Assembly: GCF_036365525.1 (NCBI RefSeq)
Contig: NC_090404.1
Span: 1,798,001 to 1,862,000 of the forward strand
DNA: 64,000 nt
Origin: Heterodontus francisci
Lineage: Eukaryota
Direction of reading: 5' to 3'
Below are positions 38,394 to 50,770 of this stretch, piece by piece; positions within the stretch are counted from its first letter, which is position 1, and each line of letters begins with the position of its first letter. The notes beneath the pieces were generated by a model that did no database searches, was not told where the DNA came from, and saw only the letters and a program-made list of their open reading frames with translations. A program made the position numbers and the translations under genes.

Positions 38394-38779
38394 CTGAAAT
38401 TGGAAGAGTTGCAGATTTAAGTGTTATACAATTTCACCTCCCCTCCTCCGTGCTGGGAAATTGGGAGCTCCACACGGCTGCTGAACTCTGCTCCATCCTG
38501 TATTTTTAGGATCATGTAGACGATGAGAAGCTGGTTCACCTTGTCCAGAAGGGCCAGAGGACACTTCATGTACTTGAAGGGGGAGTGGGATCAATGCAAA
38601 ACTAATGGAGGGAGCCAATAGTTCAGCGAGTGATCAGTCTATGGAACAGGCTCCCTCTGGAGATGGTGGAAGCAGATCATGGAAATTCATTCATTTGCAA
38701 AATTGGAAAGATTTCTTTCATAAAACAACATTTGGGAGGCAGTAGAAAAGGAACAGGTCGGAGGTGATTTGAACTGTGG

Positions 38780-38885
38780 ATGGTATCAGATGGGACGGTA
38801 TCACATGGGACGGTATCAGATGGGACGGGATCTGATGGGACGGGATCTGATGGGACGGGATCTGATGGGACGGAATCTGATGGAC
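38780..38885. repeat. 15-bp tandem repeat (gatgggacgggatct)n
   Basis: About 7 units in the CH2-Sec1 intron. Confidence 0.85.
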
Positions 38886-39179
38886 CATTTCATACCTTGT
38901 CCTCATTTTCCTTTCTACTGAAGTCATAGAGAGTAAAATTGGATGAAGGTGTAAACAAGCAGCCGACCCGATTCCCCGCACGGAGCTTAGTTAAAATTAC
39001 TCTCTTTGAGTGGTGGTTCAATATCAAAACACAAAATACAAAACATCTTTCCTCTCCCAACAACGTCGATATTAGTGTCAGTGGTTCATGAATTGAGGGG
39101 GTGAGCGTCAGCGCATTAAGTTAGTACACGTCTGAATTACTGACAGTATATTCTTTTTACACCCTCAGACACAACTTAC

Positions 39180-39479
39180 CCTTTTGGTACCTCATGCTGA
39201 TCCTGTCATTGAATCTGGAACCTGCGTGAGACACTTCACAGGTGTAGACATCCCCTGTGGTCCATTCCACCACAGGCACTGTCAGGTAAGAGACCGTTTC
39301 AAAGGTAGAGTCATTTCTCTGTTTGGAATGGAGAACAACACCTGATTGATCCACTCTGTCTTTCTTCCAGGAAACCTGTACACTGTCAGGAGAGTATCCG
39401 GATATCACACAGCCCAGGACGGCAGTAGTTTGATTGTAGACAACCTCCGGGGATGGAACAAGGGGAATGAGGTTTGGAG
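39180..39479 (-). CDS. IgW: CH2 exon ([31 protein letters not shown]...[22 protein letters not shown])
   Basis: tctcaag| acceptor, G|GTAAGT donor, 300 nt; C1-set motifs. Confidence 0.92.
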
Positions 39480-40389
39480 CTTGAGATATAAGACATTGCA
39501 ATATTTCAGATTAGAGGATTGTTTTGGTCATAATAAAGATGTATTCCATTCCCCCAACATGTGGACCAAGTGTCACGATGCTAAACCGCTCCATATAGCT
39601 TGCTGATTGGCCGGTGAGCATGTCATCAAGGTGAGAACCATTGAGACATGCTGGAGAGAGCTGGGATGGGGAGAGCTGACAGTATATCTACGGTCTGCCT
39701 TGCAGAGCATCCCATTCTACAGGGATGTAGAACAGAGGTGGGTAAATGGGATTGAGATCAGCCTTAATCTAATTGAATAGCAGAAGAGGCTGGAGGAGGT
39801 GACTGGCCTGCACTTGTTCCTGTGGACAGATACCGGGATCGGGAGTACAACTGCCAGCTGTTTATCCCTCAGATTATCTTTCATAACATCCAGCAGTTTC
39901 GAACAACCAGTCTGAAAATCTATCCCAATAACATCCTCTTCTAACTGGGTTCCCTATTGCCCTCTCCTGAAATATTTGGTTAGTTTTCAGGTCTGGGTTC
40001 TGACAAATGGCCGAACCTTTTCACATTTCAGATGGTGACTGACTTGCTGCATATGTTCAGCTTTTTCCTGTTGGTACCTGGACATCCCACAGTGCCCATA
40101 ACCAGTCTGAGATCGGAGCCAACAGGGCAGCACTTTGTAAAGTTGTTGTTGCACCTTTGGGAGATTTCAGATGGAAATTACAATTCTCCATAATAGTGGA
40201 GTTGAGCCTATACCTACAACATTCCTCTCACTATATTGTAATGGAGGCACAAGCTCATTTAAATGGGGTAGAAATTGGTCTCAGGTGGGGGCGCTATGCA
40301 GATGACAGTGAATCAACAGCCTGCTTTACCATCCACCCAATTTTCATTTCCATTGACCTTAGTGATGGCAGGATGAATGAAAGAGGTAA

Positions 40390-41135
40390 AATAACATAAA
40401 TGGTCCAGCTTTACAGAGGGTGCAGGAACTTAGAGACCTGGGGATTTAAGTACACACACCTTGGAAGGTGACAGGACAAGTTGATGAGGCTGTTTTAAAA
40501 AAAAAACATATGGAATGCGAGGCTGTCTAAATAGAGGCATGGGGCACAAAAGCAAGGAAGTTATTCCTAAAGCTTTGTAAATCACTGGGATGGCGTTAAT
40601 TGGAGTATTGTGTCCTATTCTGGGCACCACACCTTAGGAAGAATGTCAAGGCCTTGGAGAGGATTCAGAGGCCATTTACTGGATGGTTCCAGTGATGAGA
40701 GACTTTAGTTAGATGGAGAGACTGCAGAAGCTGAGATTGTTCTCCTTAGGTAGAGCAGAGAAGGTTAAGGGGAGATTTAATGGAGGTGTTTAAAATGGTG
40801 AGTAGATGGAGAGAAACTGTTTCTACTAACAGCAGGGTTGGTAGCCCAGAGGACACAGATTAAAGATAATTGGCAAAAAAGCCAGAGAGGGCATTATGAG
40901 GATTTTTTTTAATGAACTCAGCAAATGATCTGGAATGCACTGCCTGAAGGAGGATGGTGGAAACAGATTTAATAGTAATTTTCAAAAGAAATTTGGATAA
41001 ATACTTGAATAGAAAAAATTTGCTGAGCTATGAGGAAAGAACAAGGGCAGTAGGGCAGTGGGACTAATTTAGTACCTCTTTCAAAGAACTGGAACAGACA
41101 TGACGGGCCAAATGGCCTCTTTCTGTCCTGTATGA
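40390..41135 (+). mobile_element. Old CR1 3' fragment
   Basis: Decayed CR1 ORF2 C-terminus and tail. Confidence 0.7.
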
Positions 41136-41171
41136 TTATCTGAACCACTGACTCAATGGGAGGAGTGCTCT

Positions 41172-41336
41172 AAAATTGGACAGAGGTGAGGATACAAAAT
41201 AGTCAGTATAACATTACATACACTACACCTGATATTCAATTTCCTTGACTTCCGCAGAATTGAATATCGGGTGTGTTGTATCACAGGCAGAAAATGTGAG
41301 TCTGACATTATTGTATCCCCGCCCTTGTCCAATTTT
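41172..41336. repeat. Imperfect 35-bp inverted repeat, MITE-like
   Basis: 41172-41206 (aaaattggacagaggtgaggatacaaaatagtcag) pairs with 41302-41336. Confidence 0.55.
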
Positions 41337-41529
41337 GTGCGATTTCTCATCGTCCTTTATTTTATTACCAGCATCACCGCCAGCGTACAGGGATAGAATA
41401 TACGGGCACAAGAATTTGTGCGGGTCTATTGTGTAGCAACCTCCTACATTGGTTGGTGAAGGTTCCCTTGTCTAATTTCATCCCCCAACACCAATGCAGT
41501 TTTAAATGGTAAAAATGTCTCATACTAAC

Positions 41530-41844
41530 ATTTTGGTTTTTTGATCTGGCGTTCCACCATTTCGTCTGGCTTGTACCCTGCCTTGCAGTGGTAGACCTTA
41601 TTGGAATTCCAGTCTGACGCAGAGACTTTGAGCACACTGCTCATCGTGTATTTCGTATTTTTCCCCAAGACTGCCGGATACTTCTTGATTCCAGTGGAAA
41701 TGACCCCATTGTCACGGGACCATGTCTGACTGATGCTCTCGGGCTGAAAGTCCTTGACCAGGCAGAGGAGGCTTATCTCATCTTGGTTGGAGCTTGTGCC
41801 ACAGGAGGGGCTGGAGATGTAGACCGATGGTACAGACTGGGTAA
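41530..41844 (-). CDS. IgW: CH1 exon (VTQSVPSVYISSPSCGTSSNQDEISLLCLVKDFQPESISQTW...DWNSNKVYHCKAGYKPDEMVERQIKKPK)
   Basis: tttcag| acceptor, T|GTTAGT donor, 315 nt open. C1-set Cys/Trp/Cys plus an N-terminal Cys at the light-chain-linking position. Confidence 0.93.
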
Positions 41845-43010
41845 CTGAAACATAAATAGATGGACACAGATAAGTTCAGTAAACAAATACATTACAGTCA
41901 GAATCAGCTGGAGAGATTTTGTTACATATATATACCAGCCATTTCCAAAAATAATTACACCAGATTGGTGGGAAATGGAGAACATTGTAAAAGGTCAGAA
42001 TTGGTAATTTTAACCTAGATCGGCAGCCGGTTATTCCGATGGAGCGGGTGGAACGTCAGTTTTAAACCCATCCCTGTATTACTCTCCACCGGCTTCAATA
42101 GACTACGATCAGGCAGGGTGTGAATCCAATGTTGTGCCCAATCCAGTCAGTTCCCCAACAGTGGGTTAGGTTGAAAGGCTCAGTTGAAAACCAAGAACAT
42201 GGAAGGACCCTGCAGAGCAGGAAAAGTGGCTGGAGAAACAACAATGGCAGTTAAAATTGGAGAAGCTGAGGGAACCAATACATGAGAGAAATATCATTAG
42301 CAATGACAAACAGACTTCAGATATAACACAGTGATTATACGGTGAGCAGACTTAAAACTAGAAAAAATAAAGTGGGAACCTGGAATTTGCAGTCAAAGGA
42401 GTAGCAGAATGATCAAATCTTGATTTTACACACAGGTTTGTTCAAGAAGTAGGGGATATATTGTTGAAATCTTGTTTTCAGGGAGAAGACAGAAAGCTTG
42501 CAAATCACAATGGACTTGATTTAACAAAATGGTTAACATTTACAGCTGTTTGGTTAAACATCCTTTTCATAGTTAACAATTTTGATAGTTTTACAAGAAT
42601 TTTGCACTATTGGGTTAATGCACGTGATTCACAGGGATAGAAAGGAGGGCAGAAGAGAGAATTTGTTTCTCTTTCTCAATCCTTCTAGATTACTCAGGTT
42701 AAAACTAACTGGTAATTTACTGGTGTGGCACAATCTAATTCTGGCTGTTGGTAATACAGCTTTTGTTAAACAGCCACACAAACCAATCCGTGCCATAGGT
42801 AAAGGGTCACTGAACAGTAACCGTCAGATATGATGCCAGATCGACAATCTGGAAACACACAGTCTCCACTGATGGGTTCTCGAGTTTGAAACGGCTCATG
42901 AAAGGAATATAAACCTATCAGTCTTAGGAACCTAACTATTTTGCATAGACGTGAATGGCTAAGGAACATTGAAATTACTGGACCCAAAAAAGACCAAGGT
43001 CCATCTAGAT

Positions 43011-43973
43011 CATGGTTGTCCAACATACGGCCCACGGGCCAGAATCCGGCCCTCCAAAGGTTTCCATTCGGCCCGCGGGTGTAAAATGCTGAAATGTCAG
43101 ACACCTCAGTGGGCAGTTACAGGTTTGTCAAAACCACGTTCCCACACAACATGGCTACACCCAGCAGAGAGGCAACGTTCACAGCCTGTCTCTATTATCC
43201 ACATTTATGGTGAGTGCACAGACGGGGAGTGAAGAGCCACGACCGGAGAGCGGGAAGTAGAGAATGGGGAGCAGAGAGTGGAGAGCAGAGAGAGAGAGAG
43301 AGAGAGACAGCGGGGGTAAGGAGAGACAGCGGAGGAGGGTGGGAGAGAGTGAGAGAGAATAAAAAGAGATCAGGATCACTCCTGACAGAGGGATCATAGG
43401 AAATAGGAGCAGGAGTAGGGTATTTGGCCCGTCGAGCCTGCTCCAACATTCAAACAGATCATGGCTGATCATCGACCTCCGTACTATTTTCCCCATTATC
43501 CCCTTATCACTTGATGTCATTAATATCCAGATATCTATCCATTTCTATCTTGAACATACTCAATGATTGAGTTTGCACAGTCCTCTTGGGGAGAGAATTC
43601 CACAGATTCACTACTCTCTGAGTAAAGAAATTAATCCTCATCTCAGTCTTAAATGGCCTGCTCCTTATTCTGAGTGGCCTGTCCCTTATTTGATCTGAAA
43701 TACTCTGCATCGCTACATCAAGTATGCGGGCAGACATTGAGTACTAGGCAAGCACAAACAATGCCAAGTATGTCACTAAGTTGGGTCTTCAACATCGTGA
43801 CAAGAAAGTAAGTCAATAAATTAGACTTCTCATTTAAAGATACTTCACAAAAATGCATGTTGGTTGTTGTTTTAATTAATTGCAAGATAATTTTAAATGC
43901 CTGAAATTTTTTCTCTGGTCCTCCACGAAGGATTGTAATGTGACCTCCCCACATGAGAAGGTTGGACACCCTG
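43011..43973. mobile_element. Non-autonomous hAT (Charlie-type) DNA transposon with a nested CR1 fragment (about 43394-43680)
   Basis: TIRs catggttgtccaac / gttggacaccctg; perfect 8-bp TSD atctagat (43003-43010, 43974-43981); cggccc-gggcc subterminal motif. It splits a repeat also present at about 18310-18560. Confidence 0.85.
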
Positions 43974-44279
43974 ATCTAGATGGCCTTTTACCATCCTGGT
44001 AGATACGATACGAGAATGGAGTTATGGACTAATCATAGCAATCAATCTCTATTGATTAGTCGATAGCAGTCCCAGGCATGTGGTGAGGAGCCCCCAGTGG
44101 TGGAGAGCTTCAGAAACCATAGATCCAAATTCCTCCGTTCCTCCCAAGCATGCTACACTCACCACATGTTATGCCTGAAATTACTCATATACTGTCTTCC
44201 AAAATGTTATTTTATGGAGAAAGCTACCCCCTCAAATTCTCCCCAGTTCTCCCCAGTGACCTGGTCAATATTTATTTAA

Positions 44280-46700
44280 TTTAACATTTCGTTTGTTGAC
44301 CTTTCATCAGAACTGGTAAAGGTTAGGGATGGGTTAAAGGAAGTATCGAAGCAATTAAGGCGGGGCATGGTGGGTAGGCAGGGAAAGAACAAATGGGATG
44401 ATCTGTGTTAGGCAGAGGTGATTAAATGACAAAAGGGGCGATGGTGTAAGACAAAAGGAGGTTGTAATGGGACATGGAAACATAAGATGGATCGAGGGAA
44501 GCTGTAAATGGGAACGTCAGAACCAGCACCAACACGCGCTGTCCGAAAAAATGGGGACAGTCATTATGTGAAATTGTTGAAGTCGATGACGAGTCCGGAA
44601 GGCTGTGAAGTGCCTAATCAAAAGATGAAGTGCTGTTCTTTGAGTTTCCATTGAGCTTCTTTGGAACAATGTAGGAGGCCAAGAACACAGAGGTCAAAGT
44701 GGGAGTGGCACGGACAATTAAAATGGCAAGTTAGCGGAAATTCAGGGTCATGCTTAGCATCTGAACAGAGGTGTTCAGCAAAATGATTACCCAATCTGTG
44801 TTTGTCTCCCCAGTGTAGAAGAGACCACATCATCAGCAGTGAATACAATGTACTAATTTGAAAGTACAAGTAAATCACTGTTTCACCTGGAAGGAGTGTT
44901 AGGGGCCCTGGATGGTGGGAATGGAGGAAGTGAAAGGGCAGGTGTTGCACTTCCTGTGCTTGCATGGGAAGGAGCCGTCGGAAGAGGAGGGGATGTTGGA
45001 AGTGATTGAGGAGTGGACCAGGGTGTCAGAGTCATAGAGTCATTTACAGCACAGAAAGAGGCCGTTCAGCCCATCGAGTCTGTGCCAGTTCTCCGTGGAT
45101 CAATGCAGTCAGTCTCACTCCCTCGCTCGATTCCTGTAGTCCTGCAAGTTTATTTCCTTCAAGTGCCCATCCAATTCTCTTCTGAAATTATTGATTGTTG
45201 CCCCTTCCAAAACCCTCATGGGCAACGAGTTCCAGGTCATTACCACTCACTGCGTAAAAAGGTTCTTCCTCACATTTCCCCTGCATCTCTTGCCCAAAAT
45301 CTTAAATCTGTGTCCCCCAGTCCTTGTATCATTAGTTAATGGGAACAGTTTTTTCTTGTCTAACTTATCTAAGCCTATCATAATCTTGTACACCTCTGTC
45401 AAATCTCCCCTCAATCTCCTTTACTCCAGGGAGAACAACTCATCTTTTCCAACCTCACCTTGTAACTAAAATCCCCCATCACTGGAACCATTCTGGTAAA
45501 TCTCCTCTACACCCTCACAAGGACCCTCACATCCTTCCTAAAGTGTGGTGAACAGAACTGGATGCAGTACTCTAGTTGAGGCCTATCCAGAACTTTATAA
45601 ATGTTCAGCATAACACCCCTGCTTTTGGTACTCAGTGCCTCTATTTATGAAGCCCAAGATCACATATGCTTTGCTAACCATTCTCTCAATATGTCCTGCC
45701 ATCTTCAAAGATCGATTCACATGCAATCCCAGGTCACTCTGTTCCTGCACACTCTTTAGAACTGTGCCATTAAGTCTATATTGCTTCATTCTATCCCTTC
45801 TGGCAAAATGCATCACCTCACGTTTGTTTGTATTAAATTCCATTTGCCACTTGTCTGCCAGTTCTGCTAGTCTATCTAATGTCCTGTTGCAGGCAGTTTA
45901 GATCATCCTCACTGTTTGTCACTCCTCCAAGTTTTTTGTCATTGGCAAATTTTGAAATTCTGCTCTATATTCCAAGATCCAAGACATTTCTATAAAGCAA
46001 AAAAAAAGCAATGGTACTAGCACTGAGCATTGGGGAACACCACGATCTACCATCCTCCAGTCTGAAAAACAACCATTTACTACCACTTGCTGTTTTCTGT
46101 CCTTAAGCCACATTTTATCCAGTTAGACACTGACCCTCATATTCCATGAGCTTCAATTTTGTTAACCAGCCTTTTATGTTGTACTTTATCAAACGCTTTC
46201 TTAAAATCCATTTCAGCAACATCCACCACATTCCCTTCATCAACCTTCTCTGTGACTTCATCAAAAAGTTCAGTTAGATTAGTCAAGCATGATCTGCCTT
46301 TTACAAATCCATGCTAGCTATCCATAATTAGCTGAAACCTCTCCAGGAGCCTGTTGATTTTTTCCCCCTGATTGTTTCTAAAACCTTACCCACCACTAAT
46401 GTTCAACTAACATCAGAAATGCAGAAGGTGACATCGCCAGAACAGGTGCGATGGAGACGGAGAAACTTGGAGAGTGAAATAGAGTCCTTCCAGGAATCAG
46501 GGTCTGCGGAAGTGTAATTAAGGTAGCTGTGGGAGTCAGTGGGCTTAGTATATCTTGGTTGACAGTATTTTCCCAGAAATGGAGATAGAGAAATTAAGGA
46601 AGGGAAGGGAAGAGTTGGAGATAGTGAAGGCAAGGGAGGAGTGGAAATTGTAGGCAAAGTTGATCAAATTCTCCAGTTTTGGGGTGAGAGTCCAAAGCAG
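44280..46700 (-). mobile_element. Decayed Penelope-like element interrupted by a CR1 fragment (about 45028-46405, minus)
   Basis: KPTDSHSYLNYTS...FLRLHRTCS and RLGNHFAEH...HFN...EQHFIF flank CR1 RT/tail sequence. Confidence 0.8.
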
Positions 46701-48482
46701 CACCAGTTCTGTAATCAATATACCCATGTTAGCAAAACAGATTATCTGATCATATCTCATTGCTGTGTGCAAAATGGCTGCTGTGTTTCCCTACATTACA
46801 GTTCAAACTTACTTCATTGACTGTGAAGCCCTTTGGGATGTTCTGCAGTTTTGAAAGGTGATGTATAAATTCAAGTCCTTTTTTTCAAAAATAGTAAAAC
46901 AAAATCAAACTACTGTGGGTGCTGGAAATCTGAATAAAAGAGATCTGATGAAGAGTCATCGACCTGAAGTGTTTACTCTGTTTCTCTCTCCACAGATGCT
47001 GTCTGAGGTGCTGAGCGTTTCCAGTGTGGGTGGTTTGATAATATCAGTCAACATCATTTACATCGTGGGACCAGTGGACGGTAAGTGTAATTCATTGCGG
47101 ATCAAACGGTGTTGTGACGTGGTGAGCAGGAAATGGATCTAGGGATAACTTTGATAAATCCCTGAGACTCTCAGCATATTGCTGCAGTTATGCAGAAAAG
47201 AGGCTCACACGAGCTTGGCTGTATCAGCAGAGAGCTAGATTTATAAAAAGATACTGGGGGTGAAACTGGTCTTGGGTGATTGTGTAAATCAGTTGAGAGT
47301 GAATCAGCAGCCTGGGTTACTCTCTGTCCCATTCTCTTTCCTATTGGAGTCAGTGGGATAGAAAGTCTGGACAGGTATTTGTTATCTCCTGAATTCTGCT
47401 ACAGCCTTCACCAAATTCACCCCCCATTGTATCGTTGTTGGTTGGTGAAACTCCATGTGGAGATCTGTGTGAAATTCTGGATCATCCAGTCGTGGCAGAG
47501 GACATTCTGGTCCAGGAGAGTTTACAGTGATACAGATCCAGGAAGTTGAGTATGGGGGGAAAGATTAAGCAGCCTGGTGTTCTTTCCTTTGGCAGAGAGG
47601 AACGGGAATAATGTTCACTTTGGCTGATGGAAAATAGTCACCCATTCAGCTGTGGCTCAGTGGTAACACTCTTTCCTTGGAGTTAGATAGCTGTGGGTTC
47701 AGGTCCCACACCAGAGACTTGAAGACAAAATCTAGGCTGGCACTCCAGTGCATGACTGAGGGAGTGCTGCACCAATGGAGGTGCTGTCTTTTGGATGAGA
47801 CATTAAACTGACTCCCTGATGTCCTGGCCAATATTTATCCCTCAACCAACATCACTAAAAACATATTATCTGGCCATTTTCATGTTGTTGTTCATGGGAT
47901 CCTGCTGTGCACAAATTGGCTGACACTTTCCCTACATGACAACACTGACAACACTTCACAAGTATTTCATTGGCTGTAAAGCACTCAGGGACATCCTAGA
48001 TCATAAAAGGTGCTGTAGAAATGCAAGTTCTTTCTTTCACAACCACTTGTAATGCATGACTATCAATGTTGGTTAATAGAACAAGGGTGTTTTGATATCT
48101 AACCCAGTTGGATGATAAAGAATGATATGGAATAAGCTCAGCACTTCCTTGGGTGATAAACTAAAAACTATTCATTTGAAAAGTAAAGCTAATAACACAT
48201 CAGAAATGTAAAGCAAATTTGTTCAGAATCTAAACCCGGACCAGTCACTGACTTCACAAATAAGGAAAACTTTATTCAATCACTGATGTCACAAAATACG
48301 GAAATTCAGCAAACCTTGTCTTTCTTTCAAAAGATTATAACTGATAGGCATATTCCCACAAATAGGACCTCACAAACACTTCGACGTTCTGGGATAAACT
48401 GTCTATTTGTTTAGAGTCTTTGTATCAAACTGCAGCAATTTGCTTTCAAACTAAGAACTACATGTGCTCAGAAGTAAAAGAC

Positions 48483-48930
48483 CTGGGAATGTTTGATGTG
48501 GACAGTGTAGAGGGAGGTTTACTCTGTATCTAACCCCCGTACTGTACCTGTCCTGGGAGTGTTTGATGGGGACAGTGTAGAGGGAGCTTTACTCTGTATC
48601 TAACCCCCATTTTCTTTTTCTTTTTTTTTTCTGTTTAATGGGGACAGTGTAGAGGGAGCTTTACTCTGTATCTAACCCCGTTCTGTACCTGTCCTGGGAG
48701 TGTTTGATGGGACAGTGTAGAGGGAGCTTTACCCTGTATCTAACCCCGTTCTGTACCTGTCCTGGGAGTGTTTGATGGGACAGTGTAGAGGGAGCTTTAC
48801 CCTGTATCTAACCCCGTTCTGTACCTGTTCTGGGAGTGTTTGATGGGACAGTGTAGAGGGAGCTTTACCCTGTATCTAACCCCGTGCTGTACCTGTTCTG
48901 GGAGTGTTTGATGGGACAGTGCAGAGGGAA
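48483..48930. repeat. 68-bp minisatellite in the J-CH1 intron
   Basis: About 6-7 units of ctgggagtgtttgatgggacagtgtagagggagctttac(c/t)ctgtatctaaccccg. Confidence 0.9.
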
Positions 48931-49654
48931 CTGTCCAAACTGATGTCAGTAGAAAACAAAAGTCAGACAGAGTATAAACAAGCTGGTGATTTGCCATTGC
49001 CCAGTTTATATTCACCCCTTCATACAGCACAGAAGAGGGCCATTCGGCCCATCATGCCTATGCTGGCTCTTTTTGGAGCTTTCCAATTAATCCCACATCC
49101 CTGCTCTTTCCCCATAGCCCTGTATAAAAAAATCCTTCAAGTGTTTATCAAATCTACTTTTGAAAGTTACGATGGAATCTGCTTCCACCATCCATTTAGG
49201 CAATGCATTCCAGATCAGAACAACTCACTTTGTCAAACAAAAATCCTTCTGTCACCTTAAATGTTGTCCTGGATGACTGTCTTACTATATTTTCCCATCA
49301 CTGCCATCAGGCTGACTGGACTGTAATGTGTGAAGTAATCTGGCTTTGAAATATTCTCCTTTTTACTCTTCACCTGCTTTCTCAATGTATTCAGAAGTTT
49401 CAAAATTCTTCTCCTGAAGGAAACAAACTAAAACCTCCTAATTCCTTACAACTAATTCAGAGATGTTTTAAATATCTGTTCAATGCTGATCGAGGCTCTG
49501 CATTTTACCAGAATGGGCTTCATACAGAACAACACTGACATCCTGCTCCACACCTCCCTGCTCACACTCAACTGATCCTTTCAACATGTTTCTAGAACTG
49601 TTCAAGCTTTACCCCGATCGACAGGTGGTAGAACTGTTCTATTGAACTTGTAGG

Positions 49655-49920
49655 ACAGAGAGTAGAGAGCGAGAGATAGAGAGACAGAGGAGGAGGCAGA
49701 GAGAGAGAAAGAGACAGACAGAGAGACAGAGGCAGAGGAGGAGACAAAGAGAGCGAGACAGAACAGGAGACAGACAGAGAGAGAAAGAGATAGACAGAGA
49801 AAGAGGAAGCGAGCAAGAAGAGAGGAGACAGAAAAAACCAGAAGAAAGGAAAGAAGGTAAGGCATGAAAGATGGAATGAAGGGAGGCTATACAAAGGAAG
49901 AAGGAAAGAAATGAAGGGGA
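49655..49920. repeat. GA-rich low-complexity tract (similar tracts at 17035-17220 and 43260-43380)
   Basis: Purine/pyrimidine microsatellite. Confidence 0.85.
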
Positions 49921-50364
49921 ACCCAATCCTCAGAAAGCAAATTCGGACAATAACCACCTCGAAACCACCTCTTCTTAGGCACAAGAAATGTTTGACTGCA
50001 GTTTTCAAAGCTTTTCTGCCTCCCTTCATTCCCTCTATCATACCTTCCCTTCTTTCTGCCATAGAAGAATGTGCATTGGAACCTCACAGACTGAAGTGTT
50101 TTAATCTAGTTAAATTAACCTCTTAGTGTTTATGCTCAGTGATGTTCTCCACTGAACAGAACTGATGAAAGGTCAGCGACTGAAATGTTTACTCTGTTTC
50201 TCTCTGCACGGATGTTACTGAACCTACTGAATATTTCCAGTATTTTGTGTTTTTATTACAGATTCCCAGCATCTGAAGTATTTTGCTTTTGTATCAGAGA
50301 TGATTTAAACTCTCTGTGTGAGTACGCACAGCACAGATAGTTAAACAGCTATTGTCAAAGCACA

Positions 50365-50770
50365 AGGGGAGGCAGTGGCATAGGCATAGTGGTAATTTCA
50401 TTGAACTAGTAATCCAGAGGCCCATGTGAATGCTCTGGGGATACGCGTTCGAATCCCACCATGGTAGATAATGTAATTAGAATTCAATTAATAAATCTGG
50501 AATTAAAAAGCTAGTCTAATGGTGACCATGAAAACCATTATCGATTATTGTAAAACCCATCAGGTTCACCAATGTCCTTTTGTGGAAGGAAATCTGCTGT
50601 CCTTACCTGGTCTGGCCTACATGTGACTCCAGACTCACAGCAATGTGGTTGACTCTTAACTAGCCTCTGAAATGGCCGAGCAAACCACTCAGTTCAAGGG
50701 TAATTAGGGCTGGGCAATAAATGCTGACCTAGCCAGCGATACCCACATCCCACAAATGAATAAAAAAGAA
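50365..50770 (+). mobile_element. SINE with LINE-family-B tail (related copies at about 35115-35500 minus, 52459-52790, 54225-54610)
   Basis: tRNA-like head (tggcatagtggta...gttcgaatccc) and the same 3' tail as 8590-8660. Confidence 0.7.

Noticed and set aside
38718-38981. ORF with HQIPS repeats as a hinge exon
   Set aside because: 15-bp tandem repeat without convincing splice sites.
39157-39179. CH2 read-through tail GKLCLRV* as the short secretory tail
   Set aside because: Strong G|GTAAGT donor, no nearby AATAAA seen, and a dedicated Sec1 exon lies about 790 nt downstream.
41773-41985. ORF-track frames over CH1 suggesting a stop or pseudogene
   Set aside because: Wrong frames; the spliced phase-1 frame 41844-41530 is open.
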